A stretch of 64,000 bases of DNA, taken from contig OZ024744.1 of assembly GCA_964016885.1 (NCBI GenBank), forward strand, positions 558,001 through 622,000. Reading direction: 5' to 3'. Positions 1 to 12,750 of this stretch are shown piece after piece; position 1 is the stretch's first letter, and the number at the start of each line of letters is the position of its first letter. The translations under genes were made by a program, and so were the position numbers. The stretch is from Eledone cirrhosa. Taxonomy: Eukaryota. Below the pieces are notes generated by a model. It saw only the letters and a program-made list of their open reading frames with translations, was not told where the DNA came from and did not search any database.

Positions 1-2720
1 AGACAAGGTAGAGAAAGATAGCTTGGTGAAGAACGAAGTTTTGAGGGAAGACAAGGTAGAGAAAGATAGCTTGGTGAAGAACGACGTTTTGGGGGAAGAC
101 AAGGTAGAGAAAGATAGCTTGGTGAAGAACAACGTTTTGGGGGAAGACAAGGTAGAGAAAGATAGCTTGGTGAAGAACGAAGTATTGAGGGAAGACTATG
201 TAGAGAATGATAGTTGGTGAAGAACGAAGTTTTGAGGGAAGACAAGGTAGAGAAAGATAGCTTGGTGAAGAACGACGTTTTGAGGGAAGACAAGGTAGAG
301 AAAGATAGCTTGGTGAAGAACGACGTTTTGGGGGAAGAAAGGTAGAGAAAGATAGCTTGGTGAAGAACAAAGTTTTGGGGGAAGACAAGGTAGAGAAAGA
401 TAGCTTGGTGAAGAACGAAGTATTGAGGGAAGACTCGGTAGAGAAAGATAGCTTGGTGAAGAACGAAGTTTTGAGGGAAGACAAGGTAGAGAAAGATAGC
501 TTGTGAAGAACGAGGTTTTGAGGGAAGACAAGGTAGAGAAAGATAGCTTGGTGAAGAACGACGTTTTGGGGGAAGAGAGGTAGAGAAAGATAGCTTGGTG
601 AAGAACAAAGTTTTGGGGGAAGACAAGGTAGAGAAAGATAGCTTGGTGAAGAACGAAGTATTGAGGGAAGACTCGGTAGAGAAAGATAGCTTGGTGAAGA
701 ACGAAGTTTTGGGGAAGACAAGGTAGAGAAAGATAGCTTGATGAAGAACGAAGTTTTGGGGGAAGACAAGGTAGAGAAAGATAGCTTGGTGAAGAACGAA
801 GTTTTGATGGAAGACAAGGTAGAGAAAGATAGCTTGGTGAAGAACGAAGTTTTGGGGGAAGACAAGGTAGAGAAAGATAGCTTGGTGAAGAACGAAGTTT
901 TGAGGGAAGACAAGGTAGAGAAAGATAGCTTGGTGAAGAACGAAGTTTTGGGGGAAGTCAAGGTAGAGAAAGATAGCTTGGTGAAGAACGAAGTTTTGGG
1001 GGAAGACAAGGTAGAGAAATATAGCTTGGTGAAGAACGAAGTTTTGAGGGAAGACAAGATAGAGAAAGATAGCTTGGTGAAGAACGAAGTTTTGAGGGAA
1101 GTCAAGGTAGAGAAAGATAGCTTGGTGAAGAACGACGTTTTGAGGGAAGACAAGGTAGAGAAAGATAGCTTAGTGAAGAACGACGTTTTGGGGGAAGACA
1201 AGGTAGAGAAAGATAGCTTGGTGAAGAACAACGTTTTGGGGGAAGACAAGGTAGAGAAAGATAGCTTGGTGAAGAACGAAGTATTGAGGGAAGACTAGGT
1301 AGAGAAAGATAGCTTGATGAAGAACGAAGTGTTGGGGGAAGACAAGGTAGAGAAAGATAGCTTGCTGAAGAACGAAGTTTTGAGGGACGACAAAGTAGAG
1401 AAAGATAGCTTGGTGAAGAACGAGGTTTTGGGGAAGACAAGGTAGAGAAAGATAGCTTGATGAAGAACGAAGTTTTGGGGGAAGACAAGGTAGAGAAAGA
1501 TAGCTTGGTGAAGAACGAAGTTTTGAGGGAAGACAAGGTAGAGAAAGATAGCTTGGTGAAGAACGAAGTTTTGGGGGAAGACAAGGTAGAGAAAGATAGC
1601 TTGGTGAAGAACGAAGTTTTGAGGGAAGACAAGGTAGAGAAAGATAGCTTGATGAAGAACGAAGTTTTGGGGGAAGACAAGGTAGAGAAAGATAGCTTGG
1701 TGAAGAACGAAGTTTTGATGGAAGACAAGGTAGAGAAAGATAGCTTGGTGAAGAACGAAGTTTTGGGGGAAGACAAGGTAGAGAAAGATAGCTTGGTGAA
1801 GAACGAAGTTTTGAGGGAAGACAAGGTAGAGAAAGATAGCTTGGTGAAGAACGACGTTTTGGGGGAAGACAAGGTAGAGAAAGATAGCTTGGTGAAGAAC
1901 AACGTTTTGGGGGAAGACAAGGTAGAGAAAGATAGCTTGGTGAAGAACGAAGTATTGAGGGAAGACTATGTAGAGAATGATAGTTGGTGAAGAACGAAGT
2001 TTTGAGGGAAGACAAGGTAGAGAAAGATAGCTTGGTGAAGAACGACGTTTTGAGGGAAGACAAGGTAGAGAAAGATAGCTTGGTGAAGAACGACGTTTTG
2101 GGGGAAGAAAGGTAGAGAAAGATAGCTTGGTGAAGAACAAAGTTTTGGGGGAAGACAAGGTAGAGAAAGATAGCTTGGTGAAGAACGAAGTATTGAGGGA
2201 AGACTCGGTAGAGAAAGATAGCTTGGTGAAGAACGAAGTTTTGAGGGAAGACAAGGTAGAGAAAGATAGCTTGTGAAGAACGAGGTTTTGAGGGAAGACA
2301 AGGTAGAGAAAGATAGCTTGGTGAAGAACGACGTTTTGGGGGAAGAGAGGTAGAGAAAGATAGCTTGGTGAAGAACAAAGTTTTGGGGGAAGACAAGGTA
2401 GAGAAAGATAGCTTGGTGAAGAACGAAGTATTGAGGGAAGACTCGGTAGAGAAAGATAGCTTGGTGAAGAACGAAGTTTTGGGGAAGACAAGGTAGAGAA
2501 AGATAGCTTGATGAAGAACGAAGTTTTGGGGGAAGACAAGGTAGAGAAAGATAGCTTGGTGAAGAACGAAGTTTTGATGGAAGACAAGGTAGAGAAAGAT
2601 AGCTTGGTGAAGAACGAAGTTTTGGGGGAAGACAAGGTAGAGAAAGATAGCTTGGTGAAGAACGAAGTTTTGAGGGAAGACAAGGTAGAGAAAGATAGCT
2701 TGGTGAAGAACGACGTTTTG
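1..2720. repeat. 1,770-bp offset repeat (37 monomers): ~1-940 recurs at ~1771-2710
   Basis: ORF ends 220/1990 and starts 738/2508 differ by 1770. The same variant order follows GACTATGTAGAGAATGATAG in both places. Confidence 0.88.
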
Positions 2721-5700
2721 GGGGAAGAAAGGTAGAGAAAGATAGCTTGGTGAAGAACAAAGTTTTGGGGGAAGACAAGGTAGAGAAAGATAGCTTGGTG
2801 AAGAACGAAGTATTGAGGGAAGACTCGGTAGAGAAAGATAGCTTGGTGAAGAACGAAGTTTTGAGGGAAGACAAGGTAGAGAAAGATAGCTTGGTGAAGA
2901 ACGAGGTTTTGAGGGAAGACAAGGTAGAGAAAGATAGCTTGGTGAAGAACGAAGTTTTGGGGAAGACAAGGTAGAGAAAGATAGCTTGGTGAAGAACGAA
3001 GTTTTGGGGGAAGACAAGGTAGAGAAAGATAGCTTGGTGAAGAACGAAGTTTTGAGGGAAGACAAGGTAGAGAAAGATAGCTTGGTGAAGAACGAAGTTT
3101 TGAGGGAAGTCAAGGTAGAGAAAGATAGCTTGGTGAAGAACGACGTTTTGAGGGAAGACAAGGTAGAGAAAGATAGCTTGGTGACGAACGACGTTTTGGG
3201 GGAAGACAAGGTAGAGAAAGATAGCTTGGTGAAGAACAACGTTTTGGGGGAAGACAATGTAGAGAAAGATAGCTTGCTGAAGAACGAAGTTTTGAGGGAC
3301 GATAAAGTAGAGAAAGATAGCTTGGTGAAGAACGAAGTTTTGGGGAAGACAAGGTAGAGAAAGATAGCTTGATGAAGAACGAAGTTTTGGGGGAAGACAA
3401 GGTAGAGAAAGATAGCTTGGTGAAGAACGAAGTTTTGAGGGAAGACAAGGTAGAGAAAGATAGCTTGGTGAAGAACGAAGTTTTGGGGGAAGTCAAGGTA
3501 GAGAAAGATAGCTTGGTGAAGAACGAAGTTTTGGGGGAAGACAAGGTAGAGAAATATAGCTTGGTGAAGAACGAAGTTTTGAGGGAAGACAAGATAGAGA
3601 AAGATAGCTTGGTGAAGAACGAAGTTTTGAGGGAAGTCAAGGTAGAGAAAGATAGCTTGGTGAAGAACGACGTTTTGAGGGAAGACAAGGTAGAGAAAGA
3701 TAGCTTAGTGAAGAACGACGTTTTGGGGGAAGACAAGGTAGAGAGAGATAGCTTGGTGAAGAACAACGTTTTGGGGGAAGACAAGGTAGAGAAAGATAGC
3801 TTGGTGAAGAACGAAGTATTGAGGGAAGACTAGGTAGAGAAAGATAGCTTGATGAAGAACGAAGTGTTGGGGGAAGACAAGGTAGAGAAAGATAGCTTGC
3901 TGAAGAACGAAGTTTTGAGGGACGACAAAGTAGAGAAAGATAGCTTGGTGAAGAACGAGGTTTTGGGGAAGACAAGGTAGAGAAAGATAGCTTGATGAAG
4001 AACGAAGTTTTGGGGGAAGACAAGGTAGAGAAAGATAGCTTGGTGAAGAACGAAGTTTTGAGGGAAGACAAGGTAGAGAAAGATAGCTTGGTGAAGAACG
4101 AAGTTTTGGGGGAAGACAAGGTAGAGAAAGATAGCTTGGTGAAGAACGAAGTTTTGAGGGAAGACAAGGTAGAGAAAGATAGCTTGATGAAGAACGAAGT
4201 TTTGGGGGAAGACAAGGTAGAGAAAGATAGCTTGGTGAAGAACGAAGTTTTGATGGAAGACAAGGTAGAGAAAGATAGCTTGGCGAAGAACGAAGTTTTG
4301 GGGGAAGACAAGGTAGAGAAAGATAGCTTGGTGAAGAACGAAGTTTTGAGGGAAGACAAGGTAGAGAAAGATAGCTTGGTGAAGAACGACGTTTTGGGGG
4401 AAGAAAGGTAGAGAAAGATAGCTTGGTGAAGAACAAAGTTTTGGGGGAAGACAAGGTAGAGAAAGATAGCTTGGTGAAGAACGAAGTATTGAGGGAAGAC
4501 TCGGTAGAGAAAGATAGCTTGGTGAAGAACGAAGTTTTGAGGGAAGACAAGGTAGAGAAAGATAGCTTGGTGAAGAACGAGGTTTTGAGGGAAGACAAGG
4601 TAGAGAAAGATAGCTTGGTGAAGAACGAAGTTTTGGGGAAGACAAGGTAGAGAAAGATAGCTTGGTGAAGAACGAAGTTTTGGGGGAAGACAAGGTAGAG
4701 AAATATAGCTTGGTGAAGAACGAAGTTTTGAGGGAAGACAAGGTAGAGAAAGATAGCTTGGTGAAGAACGAAGTTTTGAGGGAAGTCAAGGTAGAGAAAG
4801 ATAGCTTGGTGAAGAACGACGTTTTGAGGGAAGACAAGGTAGAGAAAGATAGCTTGGTGAAGAACGACGTTTTGGGGGAAGACAAGGTAGAGAAAGATAG
4901 CTTGGTGAAGAACAAGGTTTTGGGGGAAGACAAGGTAGAGAAAGATAGCTTGGTGAAGAACGAAGTTTTGGGGGAAGACAAGGTAGAGAAAGATAGCTTG
5001 GTGAAGAACAAAGTTTTGGGGGAAGACAAGGTAGAGAAAGATAGCTTGGTGAAGAACGAAGTATTGAGGGAAGACTCGGTAGAGAAAGATAGCTTGGTGA
5101 AGAACGAAGTTTTGAGGGAAGACAAGGTAGAGAAATATAGCTTGGTGAAGAACAACGTTTTGGGGGAAGACAAGGTAGAGAAAGATAGCTTGGTGAAGAA
5201 CGAAGTATTGAGGGAAGACTAGGTAGAGAAAGATAGCTTGATGAAGAACGAAGTGTTGGGGGAAGACAAGGTAGAGAAAGATAGCTTGCTGAAGAACGAA
5301 GTTTTGAGGGACGACAAAGTAGAGAAAGATAGCATGGTGAAGAACGAAGTTTTGGGGAAGACAAGGTAGAGAAAGATAGCTTGATGAAGAACGAAGTTTT
5401 GGGGGAAGACAAGGTAGAGAAAGATAGCTTGGTGAAGAACGAAGTTTTGATGGAAGACAAGGTAGAGAAAGATAGCTTGGTGAAGAACGAAGTTTTGGGG
5501 GAAGACAAGGTAGAGAAAGATAGCTTGGTGAAGAACGAAGTTTTGAGGGAAGACAAGGTAGAGAAAGATAGCTTGGTGAAGAACGACGTTTTGGGGGAAG
5601 AAAGGTAGAGAAAGATAGCTTGGTGAAGAACAAAGTTTTGGGGGAAGACAAGGTAGAGAAAGATAGCTTGGTGAAGAACGAAGTATTGAGGGAAGACTCG

Positions 5701-8700
5701 GTAGAGAAAGATAGCTTGGTGAAGAACGAAGTATTGAGGGAAGACTAGGTAGAGAAAGATAGCTTGATGAAGAACGAAGTGTTGGGGGAAGACAAGGTAG
5801 AGAAAGATAGCTTGCTGAAGAACGAAGTTTTGAGGGACGACAAAGTAGAGAAAGATAGCTTGGTGAAGAACGAGGTTTTGGGGAAGACAAGGTAGAGAAA
5901 GATAGCTTGATGAAGAACGAAGTTTTGGGGGAAGACAAGGTAGAGAAAGATAGCTTGGTGAAGAACGAAGTTTTGAGGGAAGACAAGGTAGAGAAAGATA
6001 GCTTGGTGAAGAACGAAGTTTTGGGGGAAGACAAGGTAGAGAAAGATAGCTTGGTGAAGAACGAAGTTTTGAGGGAAGACAAGGTAGAGAAAGATAGCTT
6101 GATGAAGAACGAAGTTTTGGGGGAAGACAAGGTAGAGAAAGATAGCTTGGTGAAGAACGAAGTTTTGATGGAAGACAAGGTAGAGAAAGATAGCTTGGTG
6201 AAGAACGAAGTTTTGGGGGAAGACAAGGTAGAGAAAGATAGCTTGGTGAAGAACGAAGTTTTGAGGGAAGACAAGGTAGAGAAAGATAGCTTGGTGAAGA
6301 ACGACGTTTTGGGGGAAGACAAGGTAGAGAAAGATAGCTTGGTGAAGAACAACGTTTTGGGGGAAGACAAGGTAGAGAAAGATAGCTTGGTGAAGAACGA
6401 AGTATTGAGGGAAGACTATGTAGAGAATGATAGTTGGTGAAGAACGAAGTTTTGAGGGAAGACAAGGTAGAGAAAGATAGCTTGGTGAAGAACGACGTTT
6501 TGAGGGAAGACAAGGTAGAGAAAGATAGCTTGTGAAGAACGAGGTTTTGAGGGAAGACAAGGTAGAGAAAGATAGCTTGGTGAAGAACGACGTTTTGGGG
6601 GAAGAGAGGTAGAGAAAGATAGCTTGGTGAAGAACAAAGTTTTGGGGGAAGACAAGGTAGAGAAAGATAGCTTGGTGAAGAACGAAGTATTGAGGGAAGA
6701 CTCGGTAGAGAAAGATAGCTTGGTGAAGAACGAAGTTTTGGGGAAGACAAGGTAGAGAAAGATAGCTTGATGAAGAACGAAGTTTTGGGGGAAGACAAGG
6801 TAGAGAAAGATAGCTTGGTGAAGAACGAAGTTTTGATGGAAGACAAGGTAGAGAAAGATAGCTTGGTGAAGAACGAAGTTTTGGGGGAAGACAAGGTAGA
6901 GAAAGATAGCTTGGTGAAGAACGAAGTTTTGAGGGAAGACAAGGTAGAGAAAGATAGCTTGGTGAAGAACGAAGTTTTGGGGGAAGTCAAGGTAGAGAAA
7001 GATAGCTTGGTGAAGAACGAAGTTTTGGGGGAAGACAAGGTAGAGAAATATAGCTTGGTGAAGAACGAAGTTTTGAGGGAAGACAAGATAGAGAAAGATA
7101 GCTTGGTGAAGAACGAAGTTTTGAGGGAAGTCAAGGTAGAGAAAGATAGCTTGGTGAAGAACGACGTTTTGAGGGAAGACAAGGTAGAGAAAGATAGCTT
7201 AGTGAAGAACGACGTTTTGGGGGAAGACAAGGTAGAGAAAGATAGCTTGGTGAAGAACAACGTTTTGGGGGAAGACAAGGTAGAGAAAGATAGCTTGGTG
7301 AAGAACGAAGTATTGAGGGAAGACTAGGTAGAGAAAGATAGCTTGATGAAGAACGAAGTGTTGGGGGAAGACAAGGTAGAGAAAGATAGCTTGCTGAAGA
7401 ACGAAGTTTTGAGGGACGACAAAGTAGAGAAAGATAGCTTGGTGAAGAACGAGGTTTTGGGGAAGACAAGGTAGAGAAAGATAGCTTGATGAAGAACGAA
7501 GTTTTGGGGGAAGACAAGGTAGAGAAAGATAGCTTGGTGAAGAACGAAGTTTTGAGGGAAGACAAGGTAGAGAAAGATAGCTTGGTGAAGAACGAAGTTT
7601 TGGGGGAAGACAAGGTAGAGAAAGATAGCTTGGTGAAGAACGAAGTTTTGAGGGAAGACAAGGTAGAGAAAGATAGCTTGATGAAGAACGAAGTTTTGGG
7701 GGAAGACAAGGTAGAGAAAGATAGCTTGGTGAAGAACGAAGTTTTGATGGAAGACAAGGTAGAGAAAGATAGCTTGGTGAAGAACGAAGTTTTGGGGGAA
7801 GACAAGGTAGAGAAAGATAGCTTGGTGAAGAACGAAGTTTTGAGGGAAGACAAGGTAGAGAAAGATAGCTTGGTGAAGAACGACGTTTTGGGGGAAGACA
7901 AGGTAGAGAAAGATAGCTTGGTGAAGAACAACGTTTTGGGGGAAGACAAGGTAGAGAAAGATAGCTTGGTGAAGAACGAAGTATTGAGGGAAGACTATGT
8001 AGAGAATGATAGTTGGTGAAGAACGAAGTTTTGAGGGAAGACAAGGTAGAGAAAGATAGCTTGGTGAAGAACGACGTTTTGAGGGAAGACAAGGTAGAGA
8101 AAGATAGCTTGGTGAAGAACGACGTTTTGGGGGAAGAAAGGTAGAGAAAGATAGCTTGGTGAAGAACAAAGTTTTGGGGGAAGACAAGGTAGAGAAAGAT
8201 AGCTTGGTGAAGAACGAAGTATTGAGGGAAGACTCGGTAGAGAAAGATAGCTTGGTGAAGAACGAAGTTTTGAGGGAAGACAAGGTAGAGAAAGATAGCT
8301 TGTGAAGAACGAGGTTTTGAGGGAAGACAAGGTAGAGAAAGATAGCTTGGTGAAGAACGACGTTTTGGGGGAAGAGAGGTAGAGAAAGATAGCTTGGTGA
8401 AGAACAAAGTTTTGGGGGAAGACAAGGTAGAGAAAGATAGCTTGGTGAAGAACGAAGTATTGAGGGAAGACTCGGTAGAGAAAGATAGCTTGGTGAAGAA
8501 CGAAGTTTTGGGGAAGACAAGGTAGAGAAAGATAGCTTGATGAAGAACGAAGTTTTGGGGGAAGACAAGGTAGAGAAAGATAGCTTGGTGAAGAACGAAG
8601 TTTTGATGGAAGACAAGGTAGAGAAAGATAGCTTGGTGAAGAACGAAGTTTTGGGGGAAGACAAGGTAGAGAAAGATAGCTTGGTGAAGAACGAAGTTTT

Positions 8701-11700
8701 GAGGGAAGACAAGGTAGAGAAAGATAGCTTGGTGAAGAACGACGTTTTGGGGGAAGAAAGGTAGAGAAAGATAGCTTGGTGAAGAACAAAGTTTTGGGGG
8801 AAGACAAGGTAGAGAAAGATAGCTTGGTGAAGAACGAAGTATTGAGGGAAGACTCGGTAGAGAAAGATAGCTTGGTGAAGAACGAAGTTTTGAGGGAAGA
8901 CAAGGTAGAGAAAGATAGCTTGGTGAAGAACGAGGTTTTGAGGGAAGACAAGGTAGAGAAAGATAGCTTGGTGAAGAACGAAGTTTTGGGGAAGACAAGG
9001 TAGAGAAAGATAGCTTGGTGAAGAACGAAGTTTTGGGGGAAGACAAGGTAGAGAAAGATAGCTTGGTGAAGAACGAAGTTTTGAGGGAAGACAAGGTAGA
9101 GAAAGATAGCTTGGTGAAGAACGAAGTTTTGAGGGAAGTCAAGGTAGAGAAAGATAGCTTGGTGAAGAACGACGTTTTGAGGGAAGACAAGGTAGAGAAA
9201 GATAGCTTGGTGACGAACGACGTTTTGGGGGAAGACAAGGTAGAGAAAGATAGCTTGGTGAAGAACAACGTTTTGGGGGAAGACAATGTAGAGAAAGATA
9301 GCTTGCTGAAGAACGAAGTTTTGATGGACGATAAAGTAGAGAAAGATAGCTTGGTGAAGAACGAAGTTTTGGGGAAGACAAGGTAGAGAAAGATAGCTTG
9401 ATGAAGAACGAAGTTTTGGGGGAAGACAAGGTAGAGAAAGATAGCTTGGTGAAGAACGAAGTTTTGAGGGAAGACAAGGTAGAGAAAGATAGCTTGGTGA
9501 AGAACGAAGTTTTGGGGGAAGTCAAGGTAGAGAAAGATAGCTTGGTGAAGAACGAAGTTTTGGGGGAAGACAAGGTAGAGAAATATAGCTTGGTGAAGAA
9601 CGAAGTTTTGAGGGAAGACAAGATAGAGAAAGATAGCTTGGTGAAGAACGAAGTTTTGAGGGAAGTCAAGGTAGAGAAAGATAGCTTGGTGAAGAACGAC
9701 GTTTTGAGGGAAGACAAGGTAGAGAAAGATAGCTTAGTGAAGAACGACGTTTTGGGGGAAGACAAGGTAGAGAGAGATAGCTTGGTGAAGAACAACGTTT
9801 TGGGGGAAGACAAGGTAGAGAAAGATAGCTTGGTGAAGAACGAAGTATTGAGGGAAGACTAGGTAGAGAAAGATAGCTTGATGAAGAACGAAGTGTTGGG
9901 GGAAGACAAGGTAGAGAAAGATAGCTTGCTGAAGAACGAAGTTTTGAGGGACGACAAAGTAGAGAAAGATAGCTTGGTGAAGAACGAGGTTTTGGGGAAG
10001 ACAAGGTAGAGAAAGATAGCTTGATGAAGAACGAAGTTTTGGGGGAAGACAAGGTAGAGAAAGATAGCTTGGTGAAGAACGAAGTTTTGAGGGAAGACAA
10101 GGTAGAGAAAGATAGCTTGGTGAAGAACGAAGTTTTGGGGGAAGACAAGGTAGAGAAAGATAGCTTGGTGAAGAACGAAGTTTTGAGGGAAGACAAGGTA
10201 GAGAAAGATAGCTTGATGAAGAACGAAGTTTTGGGGGAAGACAAGGTAGAGAAAGATAGCTTGGTGAAGAACGAAGTTTTGATGGAAGACAAGGTAGAGA
10301 AAGATAGCTTGGCGAAGAACGAAGTTTTGGGGGAAGACAAGGTAGAGAAAGATAGCTTGGTGAAGAACGAAGTTTTGAGGGAAGACAAGGTAGAGAAAGA
10401 TAGCTTGGTGAAGAACGACGTTTTGGGGGAAGAAAGGTAGAGAAAGATAGCTTGGTGAAGAACAAAGTTTTGGGGGAAGACAAGGTAGAGAAAGATAGCT
10501 TGGTGAAGAACGAAGTATTGAGGGAAGACTCGGTAGAGAAAGATAGCTTGGTGAAGAACGAAGTTTTGAGGGAAGACAAGGTAGAGAAAGATAGCTTGGT
10601 GAAGAACGAGGTTTTGAGGGAAGACAAGGTAGAGAAAGATAGCTTGGTGAAGAACGAAGTTTTGGGGAAGACAAGGTAGAGAAAGATAGCTTGGTGAAGA
10701 ACGAAGTTTTGGGGGAAGACAAGGTAGAGAAATATAGCTTGGTGAAGAACGAAGTTTTGAGGGAAGACAAGGTAGAGAAAGATAGCTTGGTGAAGAACGA
10801 AGTTTTGAGGGAAGTCAAGGTAGAGAAAGATAGCTTGGTGAAGAACGACGTTTTGAGGGAAGACAAGGTAGAGAAAGATAGCTTGGTGAAGAACGACGTT
10901 TTGGGGGAAGACAAGGTAGAGAAAGATAGCTTGGTGAAGAACAAGGTTTTGGGGGAAGACAAGGTAGAGAAAGATAGCTTGGTGAAGAACGAAGTTTTGG
11001 GGGAAGACAAGGTAGAGAAAGATAGCTTGGTGAAGAACAAAGTTTTGGGGGAAGACAAGGTAGAGAAAGATAGCTTGGTGAAGAACGAAGTATTGAGGGA
11101 AGACTCGGTAGAGAAAGATAGCTTGGTGAAGAACGAAGTTTTGAGGGAAGACAAGGTAGAGAAATATAGCTTGGTGAAGAACAACGTTTTGGGGGAAGAC
11201 AAGGTAGAGAAAGATAGCTTGGTGAAGAACGAAGTATTGAGGGAAGACTAGGTAGAGAAAGATAGCTTGATGAAGAACGAAGTGTTGGGGGAAGACAAGG
11301 TAGAGAAAGATAGCTTGCTGAAGAACGAAGTTTTGAGGGACGACAAAGTAGAGAAAGATAGCATGGTGAAGAACGAAGTTTTGGGGAAGACAAGGTAGAG
11401 AAAGATAGCTTGATGAAGAACGAAGTTTTGGGGGAAGACAAGGTAGAGAAAGATAGCTTGGTGAAGAACGAAGTTTTGATGGAAGACAAGGTAGAGAAAG
11501 ATAGCTTGGTGAAGAACGAAGTTTTGGGGGAAGACAAGGTAGAGAAAGATAGCTTGGTGAAGAACGAAGTTTTGAGGGAAGACAAGGTAGAGAAAGATAG
11601 CTTGGTGAAGAACGACGTTTTGGGGGAAGAAAGGTAGAGAAAGATAGCTTGGTGAAGAACAAAGTTTTGGGGGAAGACAAGGTAGAGAAAGATAGCTTGG

Positions 11701-12559
11701 TGAAGAACGAAGTATTGAGGGAAGACTCGGTAGAGAAAGATAGCTTGGTGAAGAACGAAGTATTGAGGGAAGACTAGGTAGAGAAAGATAGCTTGATGAA
11801 GAACGAAGTGTTGGGGGAAGACAAGGTAGAGAAAGATAGCTTGCTGAAGAACGAAGTTTTGAGGGACGACAAAGTAGAGAAAGATAGCTTGGTGAAGAAC
11901 GAGGTTTTGGGGAAGACAAGGTAGAGAAAGATAGCTTGATGAAGAACGAAGTTTTGGGGGAAGACAAGGTAGAGAAAGATAGCTTGGTGAAGAACGAAGT
12001 TTTGAGGGAAGACAAGGTAGAGAAAGATAGCTTGGTGAAGAACGAAGTTTTGGGGGAAGACAAGGTAGAGAAAGATAGCTTGGTGAAGAACGAAGTTTTG
12101 AGGGAAGACAAGGTAGAGAAAGATAGCTTGATGAAGAACGAAGTTTTGGGGGAAGACAAGGTAGAGAAAGATAGCTTGGTGAAGAACGAAGTTTTGATGG
12201 AAGACAAGGTAGAGAAAGATAGCTTGGTGAAGAACGAAGTTTTGGGGGAAGACAAGGTAGAGAAAGATAGCTTGGTGAAGAACGAAGTTTTGAGGGAAGA
12301 CAAGGTAGAGAAAGATAGCTTGGTGAAGAACGACGTTTTGGGGGAAGACAAGGTAGAGAAAGATAGCTTGGTGAAGAACAACGTTTTGGGGGAAGACAAG
12401 GTAGAGAAAGATAGCTTGGTGAAGAACGAAGTATTGAGGGAAGACTATGTAGAGAATGATAGTTGGTGAAGAACGAAGTTTTGAGGGAAGACAAGGTAGA
12501 GAAAGATAGCTTGGTGAAGAACGACGTTTTGAGGGAAGACAAGGTAGAGAAAGATAGCT
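470..12559. repeat. Tandem duplication of a 6,029-bp block (~126 monomers), two near-identical copies
   Basis: ORF-track pairs offset by exactly 6029 (738/6767, 1457/7486, 2508/8537, 3369/9398, 4662/10691, 5907/11936). Rare markers are shared (GTGACGAAC ~3181/~9210, GAGAGAGATA ~3741/~9770, TGGCGAAG ~4281/~10310). One visible difference: G3296 vs T9325. Confidence 0.95.
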
Positions 12560-12750
12560 TGGTGAAGAACGACGTTTTGGGGGAAGAAAGGTAGAGAAAG
12601 ATAGCTTGGTGAAGAACAAAGTTTTGGGGGAAGACAAGGTAGAGAAAGATAGCTTGGTGAAGAACGAAGTATTGAGGGAAGACTCGGTAGAGAAAGATAG
12701 CTTGGTGAAGAACGAAGTTTTGAGGGAAGACAAGGTAGAGAAAGATAGCT

